The position numbers and the translations under genes are program-made. A stretch of 63,330 nucleotides of DNA, the filler included, from Hyphochytrium catenoides (lineage: Eukaryota > Protista > Hyphochytriomycota): assembly GCA_900088475.1 (NCBI GenBank). It is 10 parts of 10 records of this genome, joined end to end, with 100 filler letters (N's around TTAATTAATTAA, not from the genome) between each part and the next. Parts side by side here need not be neighbours in the genome. Positions count along the whole stretch, not along the records: positions 18,861 to 36,843 come from FLMG01004195.1; positions 36,944 to 38,528 come from FLMG01001521.1; positions 38,629 to 50,059 come from FLMG01000474.1; 7 more parts are not named here. The stretch is one strand, 5' to 3'. Below, in pieces: positions 25,470-39,334 of this stretch. The notes beneath the pieces were generated by a model. The model did no database searches, had not been told where the DNA came from, and saw nothing but the letters and a program-made list of their open reading frames with translations. Every line of letters begins with the position of its first letter. Position 1 is the first letter of the stretch.

Positions 25470-27205
25470 CTATCTGTAGGTCCTACGCTGGGAGTTAGAG
25501 TAGAGAGAGAGCTTCTGAGGCTTCTTTGCCCCTCCTCCTCCTCCTCCCGCCTTGCTATTCTTCCCACTGTGGCCCCAGACTCCTATGTCTCTCTCCTTCT
25601 CTCCTCCTCCTCGCGGCACAGTCTCGACGACTCCGCCATCGAGAGAGAAAGCAGCCACACTACCTTCAAGAGAGAGAGGAGAGGAAGACGTTGCCGCGCG
25701 GCCCCAAGCGTTCTTCGAGCTTGCAGGCGAGCGCTTCTTCTCTCCTTCAGATGCGGGGACGGCAGCGGATTGAGCCAGAGATGGATAATAGCCCATACGC
25801 TGCGTCACCTTCGCGAAGGAGTTCCAAGCTGAAGGAAGAGTAGGAGAGGAGGGGCCGAGAGAGGGAGACTTGGTCTCAAGTCTATCGCTCAATAGAGAGA
25901 GAGATGAAGCACCATGTCTGTCTTCCTCTTTCTCTTCCGCAGGCTCTTCACCTGCAGGAATAGCAGCAGTCGGAGAGAAATATTCTTCTCCCAGAGCAGG
26001 ACCCGAAAGATCCGGAAGCACTTCGTGCGGTCGAAGGAAGGGAGAGAGTGCAGAAGAGGAAGAGTCTCCTTCTCCCGCGCCCTTCGCCTCTGCCCGCTTC
26101 TTCCTAGCCTTCTCCCTCCTCTCAATATCGCCTGCGAATTGCTTCAAAACTGCCGGGGAGACCTGGCCTTCAAGGTCAAGTTCACAGAGGCGGATGTTAG
26201 AGTTTAATGGAATGTGGCCCATGAACCGGAACCTCTTCCTCAGTTGCTCTGTCATGGTAAGGCTCTCGATCTCTACCACTTTGCCAGAGAGAGACAAAGG
26301 GAGAAGAGAGAAGTCTCCATACTCAGCCACCAAGCACTTGATATTGAGAGGATGGAGAAAGATATTTTGCCCAGTTTCTCTCTGGAAAAAGTAATAAGTG
26401 TTGTCTGCAGAAGCTGTTCCTGCTTTCTTCGCATCTGCAGATTCTTTTTCAAAGATCATTGCGTCTTCAGATATGTGTGAATGCGATTTTCTTGGGCTGA
26501 TAGTAGGATGATGAGAGCGGGGAGGGTGGTACATGTCTCTCTCCCACTCTCTTCTCTCAGCTGCACTCTTGGCTTCATAGTCAGTTATCGAGCTCTGGAC
26601 TCGTTCTACTGCCTCCATAATGAAAGGAAGAGACTCCAAGTCATCGTCTTGCTTCAGCCTCTTCTTCCTCTTGTACAAGTCTTTCTTCTCTTCAAGAAGG
26701 AGATTGATAATGAACTGATAATCTGCTCTTCTTATCCTCGAGAACTTCCCATGCTCTTGAGAGACAAACGGTACCAAGCCCGACGGGGAGACAGCGACAG
26801 GCGGAGCTTTGCGAGGACTCACCTCCTTCGCTCCCACGCCATTCTCTTTCTCTCCCTCTCGTTTCCCTCTCTGGTCAGCCTTTGCCACCAGGCTGCGCTG
26901 CATCTCAGGAGAGATCGAGCCTTTCTTCCTCGCCAGAAGGACAAAAGAACACTCTCCCCCCACAATAGGCGGGGGACAGTAGCGGATCATAGCATTTCTC
27001 AGGTTCTCAAGCTTGACCGGATGGAAGCACATTGGACAGCGGCGATAGTTTCCTTCTCCGATGGAGAAGTAGCGTATGAGGCATGGGAGGCTGTCCGATG
27101 AAGAGGAGAGAATACAAACGGTTAGAATAACAGAATCTGTCCGTTCTGGAGGTCAGCACCTTGAGGAGGTTGAAAGGAAAGGCAGGGAGAAGGCGACTGA
27201 GAAGT

Positions 27206-27265
<60 letters not shown>

Positions 27266-28570
27266 TGTGAAGAGAGAGACGGAGAGAGGAGGGCAGGGAA
27301 CTACATAGGAACTAGATGGTCCTCGAGAAACTCAATGATTAAAGAGAGACAGCAGTGCAGATTGCTCGCTAAGGTAAGGTCTTTCTCTCCTACCAGAAGA
27401 CGTGCCCACATTGCGTGGCCCTAGGAACCTGCGGCGTCTCCAGGCAAATGGGGCACCTGAGCTCCTCATCCGTCAACATATCCACCAGCATCACCTTGTC
27501 CCCTAGCAAAGAAAGGGAACTACGCCTTAGAGAGAGAGAGAGAGAGAGAGAGAAAAAGAAGAAGAAGAAAGAACGCACCAGATGGAGCACGCTGAGATAA
27601 GTGAAAAGGGAAAGAGAAACCATTTCCCGTACAACTCAATAGAAGACAGCAAGGAGCAAGACAAAGCAAGAGGGACGTGATACTCCACACTTACAGTCGA
27701 CCACGAAGTCAGGGTCCAGAGCCGCAGCTCTGAGGTCTGTGTCCAAAGGCACAATAACATTGAACCTAGCAAAAACCGCAGGAATGGACGTTGTCAGTGG
27801 GAATGTCCCGGCTTCTCTGCTTCTCTTACAGAAAAGCATCAGTCTCAGTCTCTTTCTCTCTCTCTCTTTGCTGATATCGGCCACCCAATGTGCTTCTGTA
27901 TGGCCGTCTCTGGTCCAGTACCCTGCGCAAGCTCTCTCTCTCTTTCACTTTCTCTCTGCCTCCTCGTTTGTCGTGTTCTTCTACTGACAAGCTGCAAGAA
28001 AGCCTCTCCTCTCTCTTTCCTGGTCGCTCTATCTCGCAACTGTTCTTTCTACTGACATCGACTGCAAGAAAGCTTCCTTGTTGGGGCGGTGATAGACTGC
28101 TGAAGGTCTCCTGTTCCTTCGAGGATGAGAGAAGCGAGGTGGCGGCTCTCTTTCGGCGAGAGTGAAGTTCAGAAGATAGTTGGCGTTGGCCCGAGGAGTC
28201 TTTCTCCTCTCTTTCCTCCTCTCATGATGGGTTTCAGCCTGTCAGAGGTATCCCAAAGGGAAGGAGAGAACCGCAATAAGATCTTTTGGAGTGAGAGCTT
28301 CACAAGGCAGTTAGCCCCAACTCTATAGAGCTCAACCAAAGGTCAATGTCTAAGATAAGCGGAGAGAAAGAGATGAGAACGGTAAGGGCAGAAGCAAGAA
28401 AGCAAAAGCCAGAGAGATGATGAAAGAGAAGAGATGAAAGTCAGCTACTCGGCCGCTGGGGGAAGGCGACTAGCCCACCAGAGCTGTCGCTGACGGCAGA
28501 CGGAGCTGGCAAGGGCTCTAGCACAGAAAAGGCGAGGGAAAAACTCTACCTGCATCGTGGCCGGACTCAT
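25470..28570 (-). CDS. RNF10: RING finger protein 10 / Mag2-like E3 ubiquitin ligase
   Basis: Motifs ANYLLNF and DPDFVVDW, a spliced C3HC4 RING (CPICLETPQVPRATQCGHVFCLPCLIRY...CPMC), YYFFQRETGQNIFLHPLNIKCL and LRKRFRFMGHIPL. The first exon 28570-28550 (MSPATMQ) is tentative. Confidence 0.88.
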
Positions 28571-29266
28571 ACACTGAGATAGTAAAGTCAGAAAGGAAGA
28601 GATAAGAGAAGATAAAAGTTCGGACAAAGAGACAGGACGAGAAAGAAGCTGTGCTGGTGCACCCGATCGCGGGTGAGAATAAATAAGAAGAGTGTCTTTC
28701 AAATCATTGTTCTGAAGAAAGAGAGAGAACCCTATCCGTCGCGGCAAGAGGCGATGGATAGAGAGAGAGAGAAAGACCAGAAAGAGCTCTGGATTCTCTC
28801 TTCGCCTTGAACTGGTGACAACAGTCCCAGGTTCCGCCTTCTGTGGCTCCAACGGCAACGGGGATGGCGCACGGTCAAGCTAAAGCTGAGCACTAGCGAG
28901 GAAGAATGCTGGAGATCCAAAGCCTCAGTAAAGATTTACGTCCATAGACGGACAGGTCTCAAGGGGAGAAGAAACTTCTCCAATGATGAGGAGCAGCCCA
29001 AGGTGCAGCGCACTCAAAGATCCAGAAGAGAGAGTGGACACCAAAAAAAAGAACAGGAGAGAGAGAGGAGCTGCAGATTCCCCCAACGCGACAAAGATCT
29101 GGAAAGGCGAGAGAGAGGGAAAGAGAGAGAGACAGAGAGAGAGACACGGAGAGAGTGAGACATGGAGAGAGAGGCTGTCACAGAGAGAGAGAGNNNNNNN
29201 NNNNNNNNNNNNNNAGAGAGAGAGAGAGAGAAAAAAAAAAGAGAAAAGAGAGAGAGAGGCTGACAC

Positions 29267-29297
<31 letters not shown>

Positions 29298-30383
29298 GAG
29301 AAAGAGAAGAGAGAGAGAGAGAGAAAGAGGAGAGAGAGGAGCAAGGAGACCAGGACTTTGCCTCTCTCCCAACACAAAGCCAAAGAACACCCCACAAAAC
29401 CCGCTTTCTCCAAGGGGAGGTCAGGACTAAGGATCTCAGAGGTAGATTAATCTCCGATAATCAAAGGAGCCGAAACGTCAATTCTGAAGCTTTTGAAGCT
29501 GCGTTGCAGACAAGTTGCAGGCAGATCCTGAGCTGATAAGCATCTGTGGAAGATGCTGCAGGAGGCTTATCAGCGTGCGAGAATTGGGCTTTGGTCGCCC
29601 TTTGCCTTTGCTGGTTGAGGGATCCGTGTACATCCTACCTCCGCACCTTCTCTTTCCTTCTACCTTTTGGCGTCGAGTTTCTTGGGAAACCCTCGCCGTT
29701 CCTTTGGAGGCTGTCTTGGTACTCCATTCGCTCATGGTGCTACTGGATGGAAGCCAAAAGATCGCTGTCCTCTGCCACCATTTCTCAGAGGATTTGCGTG
29801 CCTTCAGTTCCTTCACTCAACGAAGAAAACGACCAAAATGGAGTTCATTTAGGGAGCAAGGTCCCCTTTGCTTCCCCTCTATCTCCTGACCAATCCACTT
29901 GCCCCCTCATTCATCCCTCACCTCTTAGCTCTTTCCCCCATGACTATATGGGTAGATCTCCCCTCAAGCTCCCTTTTACTGATAAGGAAGCACGCAATCA
30001 GAAGTGAATATGGGAGAGGATCTCTAGGTGGTGCAAGAAGCAGCCATGAGAAGCTGAGCCATTGTTTGCGCGAGGAGCGGAAGATCTAGGTGCTTCTGGC
30101 TTCGGCTTCTGCATGCAAAGGAACAGGCTGATCTCCAGAATACTAATGACTAACATTCTACCCTCTTTCTTTCAGTCGTCGGGGTCTCGAGAAGTAAGGA
30201 ATCAATCAACAATTGAAGTATGACCAGCCAAAATGGACAACGGGAACACAGTAAGTGCTAGTAAGGGCTGGTCACTTGAGAATCTTTTATTGGGCATTCA
30301 ATGAAGGGGTAAGCACCAGCCCGTGAGAGAGAGAGACACAAAGAGCCGGTCGCCTCAAGAGAGAGACGCGTAGCAAGAGCCAC

Positions 30384-30431
<48 letters not shown>

Positions 30432-30432
30432 A

Positions 30433-32305
30433 CTAGGCTTTTCCTGCTCCTTTGATCCTCTTCGCCGCAAGCTCTGCAATCTCTACTTTCCTTTGCCAGT
30501 CCTTGATGGCTTGCTGAAGGTCGTACATTCGCCCCTTTTGCATTACATAGTCAAGGGTCTAGAGAGAGAGAGGGATAAGGTAGGAAGCCGTGGTGAGAAA
30601 TAGCCAAAGGTAGATGGCAACTGGGTTAGACAGCAATCTTTAGGCCTCGGGGACAAAGAAGGCATCACCTTCCCCACACTGTGAAGGCCAACAGCGAGAG
30701 AGAGGGAAAGAGAGAAATATGGAGAAGAGGAGAGAAGGGTGTTACCTGTGGCACTTCTGATGGCTCGATGATCTGAGTCTGCAGCCGCTTTAGGGTTAAT
30801 CCCTCCTGCTTCACTTCTTCTGCCACTCTCGTCCCTTCCTCCTTCAGTCTTCCCGTCAGCTCCTTCCGGGCATGAATCTCCTTCCGTAGTGCTGCACTCT
30901 CTTCTTCCAGCTGTGAGAGCTCTTTCTTTAGGTTATTTAACTTCTGCAACGTGTTCCCCGTTGTAAGCTTGAGTCTCAGAAGCTCAGCGTTCTTCTCTTC
31001 TATCTTCTGCATAAACTGCTTGTTCTCAATCTGGAGCTGATGGAAGTCAATGTAATGCAATACGTCGCCCATATCTTCTTTCTGCCTCAGCTGACCCTCT
31101 AGCTTGTGCACATGGGACTTCATGGCGGTGTGCTTTAGCCTAAGCTTCTCTATCAAGGCATCCTTTTGCCGCAGTTTCTCCTCCATATAACGAACAAGCT
31201 TCTCGGCCATAATGACGCCTGTTCGGACGTTCTCGGCACCAATGACGATATCTCTTTTGAACTCATACGCATCTTTCTTGAGCTCCGTTATCCGGAGCTC
31301 CGTCTCTTCCAAGATCCCCTGCAAGAGGCGGAATGTCAACATGGAAGACAATAAAGGCATGGAGCTGAGGAACAGCGCGAGACAGCATAACGGAGGAGAG
31401 ACGATCAACTTCTCACATACCAACAGCGAGGGAAGCCATTGGCAGTTATGAGGAAAGGCAAGAGAAAGGAAAGTAAGTATAGCCGCCTATGAGGGCCAGC
31501 AAGAGTGAGGAGAGTGTGGAAACGGGACGGGCTAAGTGCTTCTTACTTTCAACGTCTCCAGAACTTTATCGCCGTTTTTCTTCGTCTTCTCCATCTCCTG
31601 CTGGACGGTCTCAACCATAGAGCAGGCGATATCATACTTTTGCTCTAATGAGCGGCCGCACATGAAAAGATAGCAGAGACAGAAGATAAACTTAGTCACA
31701 TAAGAGAGATATGTGAGGGATCGTAGGAGAAAGAGAGAAAGTGCGGAGTACCGAGAGAGAAAGATTGCAGACTGCTGGTCCCCTTCAAGAGAGTGACAAG
31801 AGCTTTTTCCTCTGCAGAAAGGTCTCGAGCCAGAAGACACCCTTATCATCACTCTTCCTGACCTCGCTTCCCCGGTAACTTCTCTCTGAGCTCTATCTCT
31901 CCTCCACTCATCTTACTGCACTCTGTCTCAGCCTTTTGTGTCCCTTTCCCTCCTAACGATCAGCCACTCACCTACTCGCAACGTGCGCTGCTTTGGTTTC
32001 CCCCTCTTCTTCTTATCTTGGTTGTCATCCTGGTCGTGAACTCCTGGCTTGAAGTTGTGCTGGACGTAGAGTTGGAGAAGCGTGTTCTCCTTCTCCAATT
32101 GAGCATTCTGGGCCAGGAGAGTTTGAAGCTAGTGGTACGAAGAGGGGCAGGTCAGACAAAGAATGAAGGCTTAAGATAGAGACGGGAAGATGGAAAGATC
32201 ATTCAGAAATTCGTAGGACGCATTCAATGCGAGATCCCCTCCACCTGCAATGATCTCATCATCAGACCTTACCTCGGCCTCTGGCTCCATCACTGCACCA
32301 GCCAT
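30433..32305 (-). CDS. CCDC113: Coiled-coil domain-containing protein 113 (CFAP263, DUF4201), ciliary
   Basis: Motifs LEKEN, LEQKYDIA, ELKKDAYEFKRDIV, EKLRLK and LRQKEDMGDVLHYIDFHQLQIEN. The last exon TLDYVMQK...WQRKVEIAELA ends at TAG 30435-30433. The start is tentative. Confidence 0.85.
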
Positions 32306-33248
32306 CCTCTGCCTATTTCTCTGCTATGGTCAGCAAGTGGTACTTTGTGAGCAGGCGTCGTGTAGCCTTCAGTTCCAAGGGCAAGGCAAAGGAGGGATAC
32401 AAGAGGAGGAGCTGACTTGTGGAGCTGATCTCAAATGGCCGTTCCAATAGCAGATGGCCGTCCTATAGATCTAGTGGTCAGATGAACAGGAACACACGGA
32501 TGTGAGGATTGCAATGCCGGGGGTTCCCAAGGATTCTGCTCATGTCAATGCATGAGAATAGGCATGAAAGACTGGACGGGCAGGATTGCCGAGGAAATCG
32601 ATAGCCGATGATCGGAGAGGAAAGGAGGATGAAGGGCAGGCAGCACAGATTACATTGGAGCCACCGAGAAACGAGAAGGAACGAAGGGACATATCGAACT
32701 ATCTGGCACTGCGCTGTGAACTAAAGGAGAGATCCAGAGAGGCAAAGAAAGAGAGAGTAGGGGAGAGAGAGAGAGAGAATGAGCGAGCGAGAGAGAGAGA
32801 GGGAGAGGAGAGAGAGAGAGGTAGGATGAAGGGCAATGACCCTGTCAAATTCTATTCTGTTGATCACTTTTGTCCTTTCACTTCCTGCCTGTTGGTTACA
32901 TGACCCATTCCATAATAGCCGCTAACGGTCTTCCCAGCTTGCAAATATTCCGAATAACCTAGGAATATCCTTGATCGACATAATTCATTCCAGATAAAAC
33001 AGGCCTGGCGGATATTCCTCATATGTCTTTGCTGGGGTGTTATATCCTGATTACGTCTCCCGTTATCCTCGATAGTAAGGCTCGGAAGGTAAGTAATCAG
33101 AAAGGCCGATGAAGAAGCTGCAGAAAGCGCAAGCGCCAGACTGTCTGCCAGAGACACAACGAATTCTGCAGCTTCAGCTTCTGAGCAGTTCCTTAGGGCG
33201 ACCCGGACAGAGGCTATAGAGAGACAGATATAAGCTTCAAAGAGAATC

Positions 33249-34550
33249 ATGGCGAGAAGACTGAATAAGGTAACGTGGGAGGTGATACGTGGCCGGGTTT
33301 GGCAGGTGGCTGATGTGGTCATGATGATGCTTCTCCTAGGAGCGGGCAGACTTCGAGAAACAAAACCTGGATTGGTGCAGCGTGCACTGTGTAGACGATG
33401 ACCTCATGCACTGGAACGCCAGCATTGCGGGGCCGGTAAGGCAGCCCTTGCACCGTCTCGTTTGCGACTGTTGGCTTCCATAAGATTGACAATCCAGTGC
33501 TTACAGTTGCGTTGCCCCCTTCCAGGAAAGTTCACCATACAAAGGCGGAGTCTTCAATATTGACCTGCAATTTCCTACTGAGTACCCCTTCAAAGCACCC
33601 AAGGTAGTAAGAGCGTGACGGGCCTCTCAAAAAAATTCTCTTCTGGCTAGCTAGAAGCTCAGGGGTTACGTTAGTTGTTGGAGAGGGAGGGCAGAACTCA
33701 ATGAGTAAAGTCTTGAGCTCTATGATTTCTGTGTATGGGCAACCTATCTCGTCTATTGCCCTGTAGCTCTCTTTCATGATGCCGTTTTCTATTTTGAGCT
33801 TTCGTTCTCTTCTCCTTTCAATCTACTCAAAGGAATTGTCATAGGTCTTCTTCTTTATCTCGTTATCGCGTACTCTCTCTTGACTCCATATCTTTTCTTT
33901 CCCCTTCGTCAATGTTCTAGATCAAGTTTGTCACAAAAGTCTATCATCCCAATGTAAAGTCAGCCACAGGCGAGCTGTGCGCTGATATCATCAACGAGGT
34001 AGGACGGAGTAGAGACATGAGATCTCCCATAGTCCTAACTCTGAGCCCCGCTCTCGCTCTCTCTCTCTTCTATTCTTGCTCTGTTTCTCAATCTGTGACA
34101 TCTTGACAGAACTGGGCTCCAACCCTGAATGTACTCTACTGCCTCAATGCTATTAGACAGGTAAGGACCGCACGTGACCGAGGACCTTAAAATTTTAAAT
34201 TTTTTTGGGATCGCCGCACCGCGTTAGTCAACCAGGAAGATTGTAGAGATAGAGGGAAAGATCCAGTCTCGTAGGGGAGAAGATTCTAGCAGAGAGAGGG
34301 AGAGAGACAGAGGCGGGAATGCAGAGACAGGAAAATGCAGCGGTGATCGACGCTCGACGCTAGGGATCTAACAATGAGGCTCTGCCGCTAACTTCTCTTG
34401 ATTCCCATCTTTGTTCTTTCGGTTCCCCAGATGCTGGAGGAGCCCAACCCTGACAATCCTTTGGAGCCAGAGATCGCCAGACAGATGCAGGAAGACAGAG
34501 CTGCCTTTGATAGCACAGTTCAGAAGTGGGTCCAAGACTATGCCCAGTGA
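33249..34550 (+). CDS. Ubiquitin-conjugating enzyme E2 (147 aa, 6 exons; absent from the ORF track)
   Basis: Exons 33249-33269, 33340-33435, 33526-33603, 33921-33998, 34110-34160 and 34431-34550, all phase 0. Translation: MARRLNKE...W...IAGPESSPYKGGVF...FPTEYPFKAPK...YHPNV...GELCADII.ENWAP...PNPDNPL. Confidence 0.93.
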
Positions 34551-34778
34551 GCAAAAAAAAGATTCGATTGGGAGCGAGCGCTGAGTAGGATGGTGTACTA
34601 TGCGGAGACCAAGTACAGAGCGAGGTGAAGGCTTCATGGACGACCTCTTGACTGCAAAGACAGAGAAAAGAGAGACAGAGAGAGAGTAAGAGGAGATGAA
34701 GATAGCCTTTATTATGTCTGCCGTGAAGGTTCGCCTCTATGGAGAGGCAGAGAAAATAAATACGGAAAGTAAGACACT

Positions 34779-35489
34779 CTACTCCCAGAGCACCAGATAT
34801 CCATCTTTGTCGCATGAGGCGACCTGACGCCCGTCTGACCGCCATGCCACGCTCGTGATTCCCGATCTGACAATCAAAAGAGTGCGTGTAAGAGAGAGAG
34901 AGAGAGAGTAGCCCTTTGCTCAAACCACTGCGAAGGAGATAAAGACAGCTGCAGAATGACTGGCAGGATATTATTGAGGAACTACGGGGAAAAGAGAGAG
35001 AGCAAAAACCAATCCAACTCACCGATGAGTGGAGTGTATGGCCTGAGGTTTGTGCTCGTCAAGGACACTCCAGACCAATAGAGACCCGGTGGCGCTCCCC
35101 ACAGCCACATACCGGCCGTCAGGGCTAATGGACAAACCACAAGAGAAGAGGATTAACCCGAGAAGCGCACCACAGATGGTCCAATAGGCGAGATGACAGC
35201 CAGAAGATTCACTCCGTCACACACACAAGCAAAAGAATAGCCCCTACGCTATTCTAGAAAGATGACGTTCCAGATGTGAATGGCAGCAAGCAAACAGACG
35301 ACTAGGAGAATTCCTAAGAGTTTTTGAGTTCGCCGAGTGACAGAAACGGTAAGACACATGAGCAGCTTAGCCGTCCTGCTGTACCTGAAGCAGGCATTTC
35401 CCCAGTTGACGTGGCTTCTTAGCTCCGCATGGCTTACGGACAGCAAAAGGGGGGTGAGAGAGAGAGAGAAAAAAAATTAAAAAAAAAGA

Positions 35490-35533
<44 letters not shown>

Positions 35534-36536
35534 GTATGTAAGCGTTACGACTTGACGCGGGTCCTAGAAGAAAAATAAGAGAAAGCACATAATGCGCTAA
35601 ACACCGCGAGACAGGAATTGAAGAGAGAAAGACGACGATACGGGCGATAAGGGAAGTAGGAAACACGACCGCGGAAGAAAAATGTATAAGAAAGACATTG
35701 CAGGTCAAGCTTACGAGAAGGTCTTTAGGACTTCTAAGGTTCGTGCATCTACTAGGCGGAGCAGGTGGTCCCGTCCAAATGTTAGAATCTCGTTCCCGCC
35801 TTCCGCTTGGGGAGCGAGAGAAAAAGAGAGAGGAGAAGAAAATAGTCAATAGAAGAGACTCATAAAGATATAAAGAGCAGAGAGGTTAACTAAAGAGAGA
35901 GGGAGAGAGCGCTGATAGATAGACTCCTACCAAGACTAAAGAGAAGAGAGAGAGAGAGTGAAGAGAGCGAAGGAGAGAGACACAGAAGGACTTTCAAAGA
36001 TAGAGCAAGTGGGACGACAGCAAGATATCCACCAGACAGAGAGCACAATGAGTGCAAATAGAGGTCCAGGCAGGCCAGAGTGACAAGAGGAGAGAGTGTT
36101 TGTCGATCTGGGATCTTACAAAGTGAAGAGAAGGCCACTGAAGAGATGCCTGACGAGTGCAGATTGGGCAGCTCTCCTGTCTTGCTGGCAGAACGCAGAT
36201 CCCAAAACTTCAGGGATCCATCCTGGCGAGCAGAAAAAAAGAGAGAGAGACAGTGAGAGACAGCGAGAGAGACCGATAAGGAAGGGGAACTTCGGGACCG
36301 AAGAGTTGGAAGGATTCAAACCTATCCAGTTCTGATGGACCTCGGGTCCTGTCTTCTCTCTCGCGCTTTCTCTTGCTGCCTCTCTGGCTCTCTGGCTCTA
36401 TCTTATTCTCTTTCTCTCTCTCCTTTTTTCTGTCAGCGTGCCTCCTCGCATCTCACCTGATGCCCTGTGACCACTCGGTCTGCATCACTGACGTCTATCG
36501 AGTTACATGTAGAGGCGCAACCGAGAGTCTTGCTAC
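34779..36536 (-). CDS. ATG16L-like C-terminal WD40 region, 5' truncated
   Basis: Spliced exons give KTLGCASTCNSIDV...VVTGHQDGSLKFWDLRS...ILTFGRDHLLRLVDART...NWGNACFSPDGRYVAVGSATGSLLVWSV...ITSVAWRSDGRQVASCDKDGYLVLWE*. This is collinear with the last WD40 blades of ATG16L1/TipD. The ATG16 coiled coil is not in the contig. Confidence 0.75.
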
Positions 36537-36781
36537 CTATAAGGATGCATAGCAGATACGACGAAGTGCAGCGCCTTGGTCAGAGAGCGGGCTCAGACAA
36601 GCTCCAGAGAAGGAAGGAAGACGATGGTAGCAGTCGCCTAGGGGATAACAGCTTGCAAGGAGTGGAAGCTGTACTGAGAAGATCTCTAGGATAGGCGAAA
36701 TCCAGAGTGAAGGTTAGGCTCAGGACGCGTGTAAAGTTATTCAAAAAGAGGTTAGGAAGAGCGTAGAGAGTGAGAACAACC

Positions 36782-36816
<35 letters not shown>

Positions 36817-36843
36817 CAGAGACAGAGAGAGAGAGAGAGAGAG

Positions 36844-36943
36844 NNNNNNNNNNNNNNNNNNNNNNNNNNNNNNNNNNNNNNNNNNNNTTAATTAATTAAN
36901 NNNNNNNNNNNNNNNNNNNNNNNNNNNNNNNNNNNNNNNNNNN
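36844..36943. other. Artificial contig spacer
   Basis: N44-TTAATTAATTAA-N44. Confidence 0.97.
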
Positions 36944-37723
36944 GAGAGAGAGAGAGAGAGGACAACGCCATAGAGTGGCAAGACAGAGTGTGAGAGAAAG
37001 GGTAAAGGGAGAATAACCAGAAAGCGCAGAGAGAGAGAGAAACACAAAGAGAGAAAGAGGGAAGAAAGAGAGAGAGAGAGCGGAAGAGAGAGAGAGAGAT
37101 CAAGGAAGATTGAGGAAGAGATATGCCTAGAGGGAAGCAAAACAGAGAGACAAGGAGAGACAGAGAGAGGGGAGACAGATAGAGAGAGCGTAAGAAGTCA
37201 TTTTGCTTCCATTTCGTACCCATTCCGAAAGCAACACCATAGGAAAAGTTAGGACCAGCACTCCTCGCAGATGAAATATTTCACATAATTTCGGCCAGCT
37301 TCAGTATAAATATTACGCCCTAGGGAAAGATTTCATCTTTTGTACCCTTTGCTTCTCATGCCTCCATTACCCTTTTCCAACCTAGCTATATTCCAGATAA
37401 TAGCAATATATTTCACTAATACCTCTAACCTAGAATCTATAATTGGTTATTAAAGGTGGATAACTCAAACTCAGTCTTCTAACGCATAAAAACTTGGTTC
37501 TGTGTGGAGGATCGAGAGTGGAGAGAGAAGGGATGATGGGTAAATTTGACCTGAAGAATCAGTGAGAACGAGACAGAGTGACAACAGAGAGAGGAAGTCC
37601 ATGAGACAAAGGGCTTTGGCTGAGAGACAGAGTAGGAAGAATATATAGTCTTCTTACGGTATGAAGGAGAGAGAGATGGTTTGGGGAGGGAGTCAGAGAG
37701 GGAAGAGAGACAAATGGAGGAGG

Positions 37724-37825
<102 letters not shown>

Positions 37826-38528
37826 AGAGAGAGAGAGAGAGACGGCGTAAAAGGTAAGAAGAAACGACATTTTCCTCTTTTACAGCTTCAACTCGCACTC
37901 TCTCTCCCCCTCCCTCTTTCCCCCACTAAGAACTGTCTCTCTTGGTGTATCTCACTTGCGGGCTCTCTTCTTGAGTGTTAAGTGTCTCTCTCCTACTCGA
38001 TGCTCCGCTCTGTTCCTTCAATCTGAGTCTCTATCATCAGGACATCAGGACGCGCCTCTCGCCTAGAAAAGCAACTCCACTCACATTCTCCGACGCTCCA
38101 GGCTCGATGCAAAAGCTTCAGAAGTGAAAGACTCATTCCTCTGATCGCTAACGCTTGGAGTTGCTCGTGAAGTCGCCTGAGCACAGCGCCACACTTGGTC
38201 GCGGATTTCTTAGAAGTAGAAAAGTCTGTCAATAGCTGGAGGCGTCATCTCTTGACTGCTCCTGGAGTTCAATGCTTACACTTCTCCCAAGGCTTGGATA
38301 GCATCTGTCAGTGGCTGTGCCTGGCAGGATTGGCGCCATGAGTGCGGCCTCTGGTACGAGGAGCCTTTCCTCTTTGCTTACACGGCGGTTCTGCTCTTCT
38401 TACGACTGTCGCCCACACTACCTGTGAGCTTCCCTCGGGAAGTTAACGACATCGTTCAAACTTAATGTTCTCAAGCTACCTCGCTCTTCAGAGCAATCGC
38501 GATTCTCTCTCTCTCTCTCTTTCTCTCT

Positions 38529-38628
38529 NNNNNNNNNNNNNNNNNNNNNNNNNNNNNNNNNNNNNNNNNNNNTTAATTAATTAANNNNNNNNNNNNNNNN
38601 NNNNNNNNNNNNNNNNNNNNNNNNNNNN
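38529..38628. other. Artificial contig spacer
   Basis: N44-TTAATTAATTAA-N44. Confidence 0.97.
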
Positions 38629-39334
38629 TCTCTCTCTCTCTCTCACACACACTCTCTCACTAACTCTGTCTCTATCTCTCTCACACACTCTCTCTCTCTC
38701 TCTCACTCTCTCTTTCTCTCTCTCTCTCTCTTACACTCTCACTAACTCTCTCTCTCTAGTATATAACTCTCTCGTAGAATCTTATTTATAAATTTCTGAT
38801 TCTGACGTATCCCTGGATCCTTGGCTTCGTTGTAGTAGTACCTTGGCACTCTGTTTTACCTAAACTAAATTCGCTGTACACCCTAACTACAGAAGCGAAG
38901 ACCGTTAGCGGCTTATGGAGACATTCTGACTTGTTGTTGCCAGTTTACTACCGTTACCGGTCATATAATCCGTTACTGGTGCAGCATCAACTCTGATAAG
39001 AGAAGCTCTTGTGCCTTTGACGAGTGTGGACGGAAGTGCACAGCAGAGCTTGTCACCTTATTATGGTTTGGCCCCAAGGAAGAAGTGTAGCTTCGAGGGA
39101 CTCGTGATCTCATGGGAGAGCAGCCGCATCCTTGCATTGAGGGCCTGCGGTCTAAAAGGACGAACTATAGCTTGTACGGTGTCATATTTATGCTCACATT
39201 CTAGGGAATGAGAAAGTACTCATGAACTGTTAGCTGATGGCTGAGACGGCCATAAATATCTGAAGTGCAGGAGAGATGGCAACGAACGTACAAATGTCTC
39301 ACGATAATGCCGTCCCCGAAGCCGCACTTGTTGT

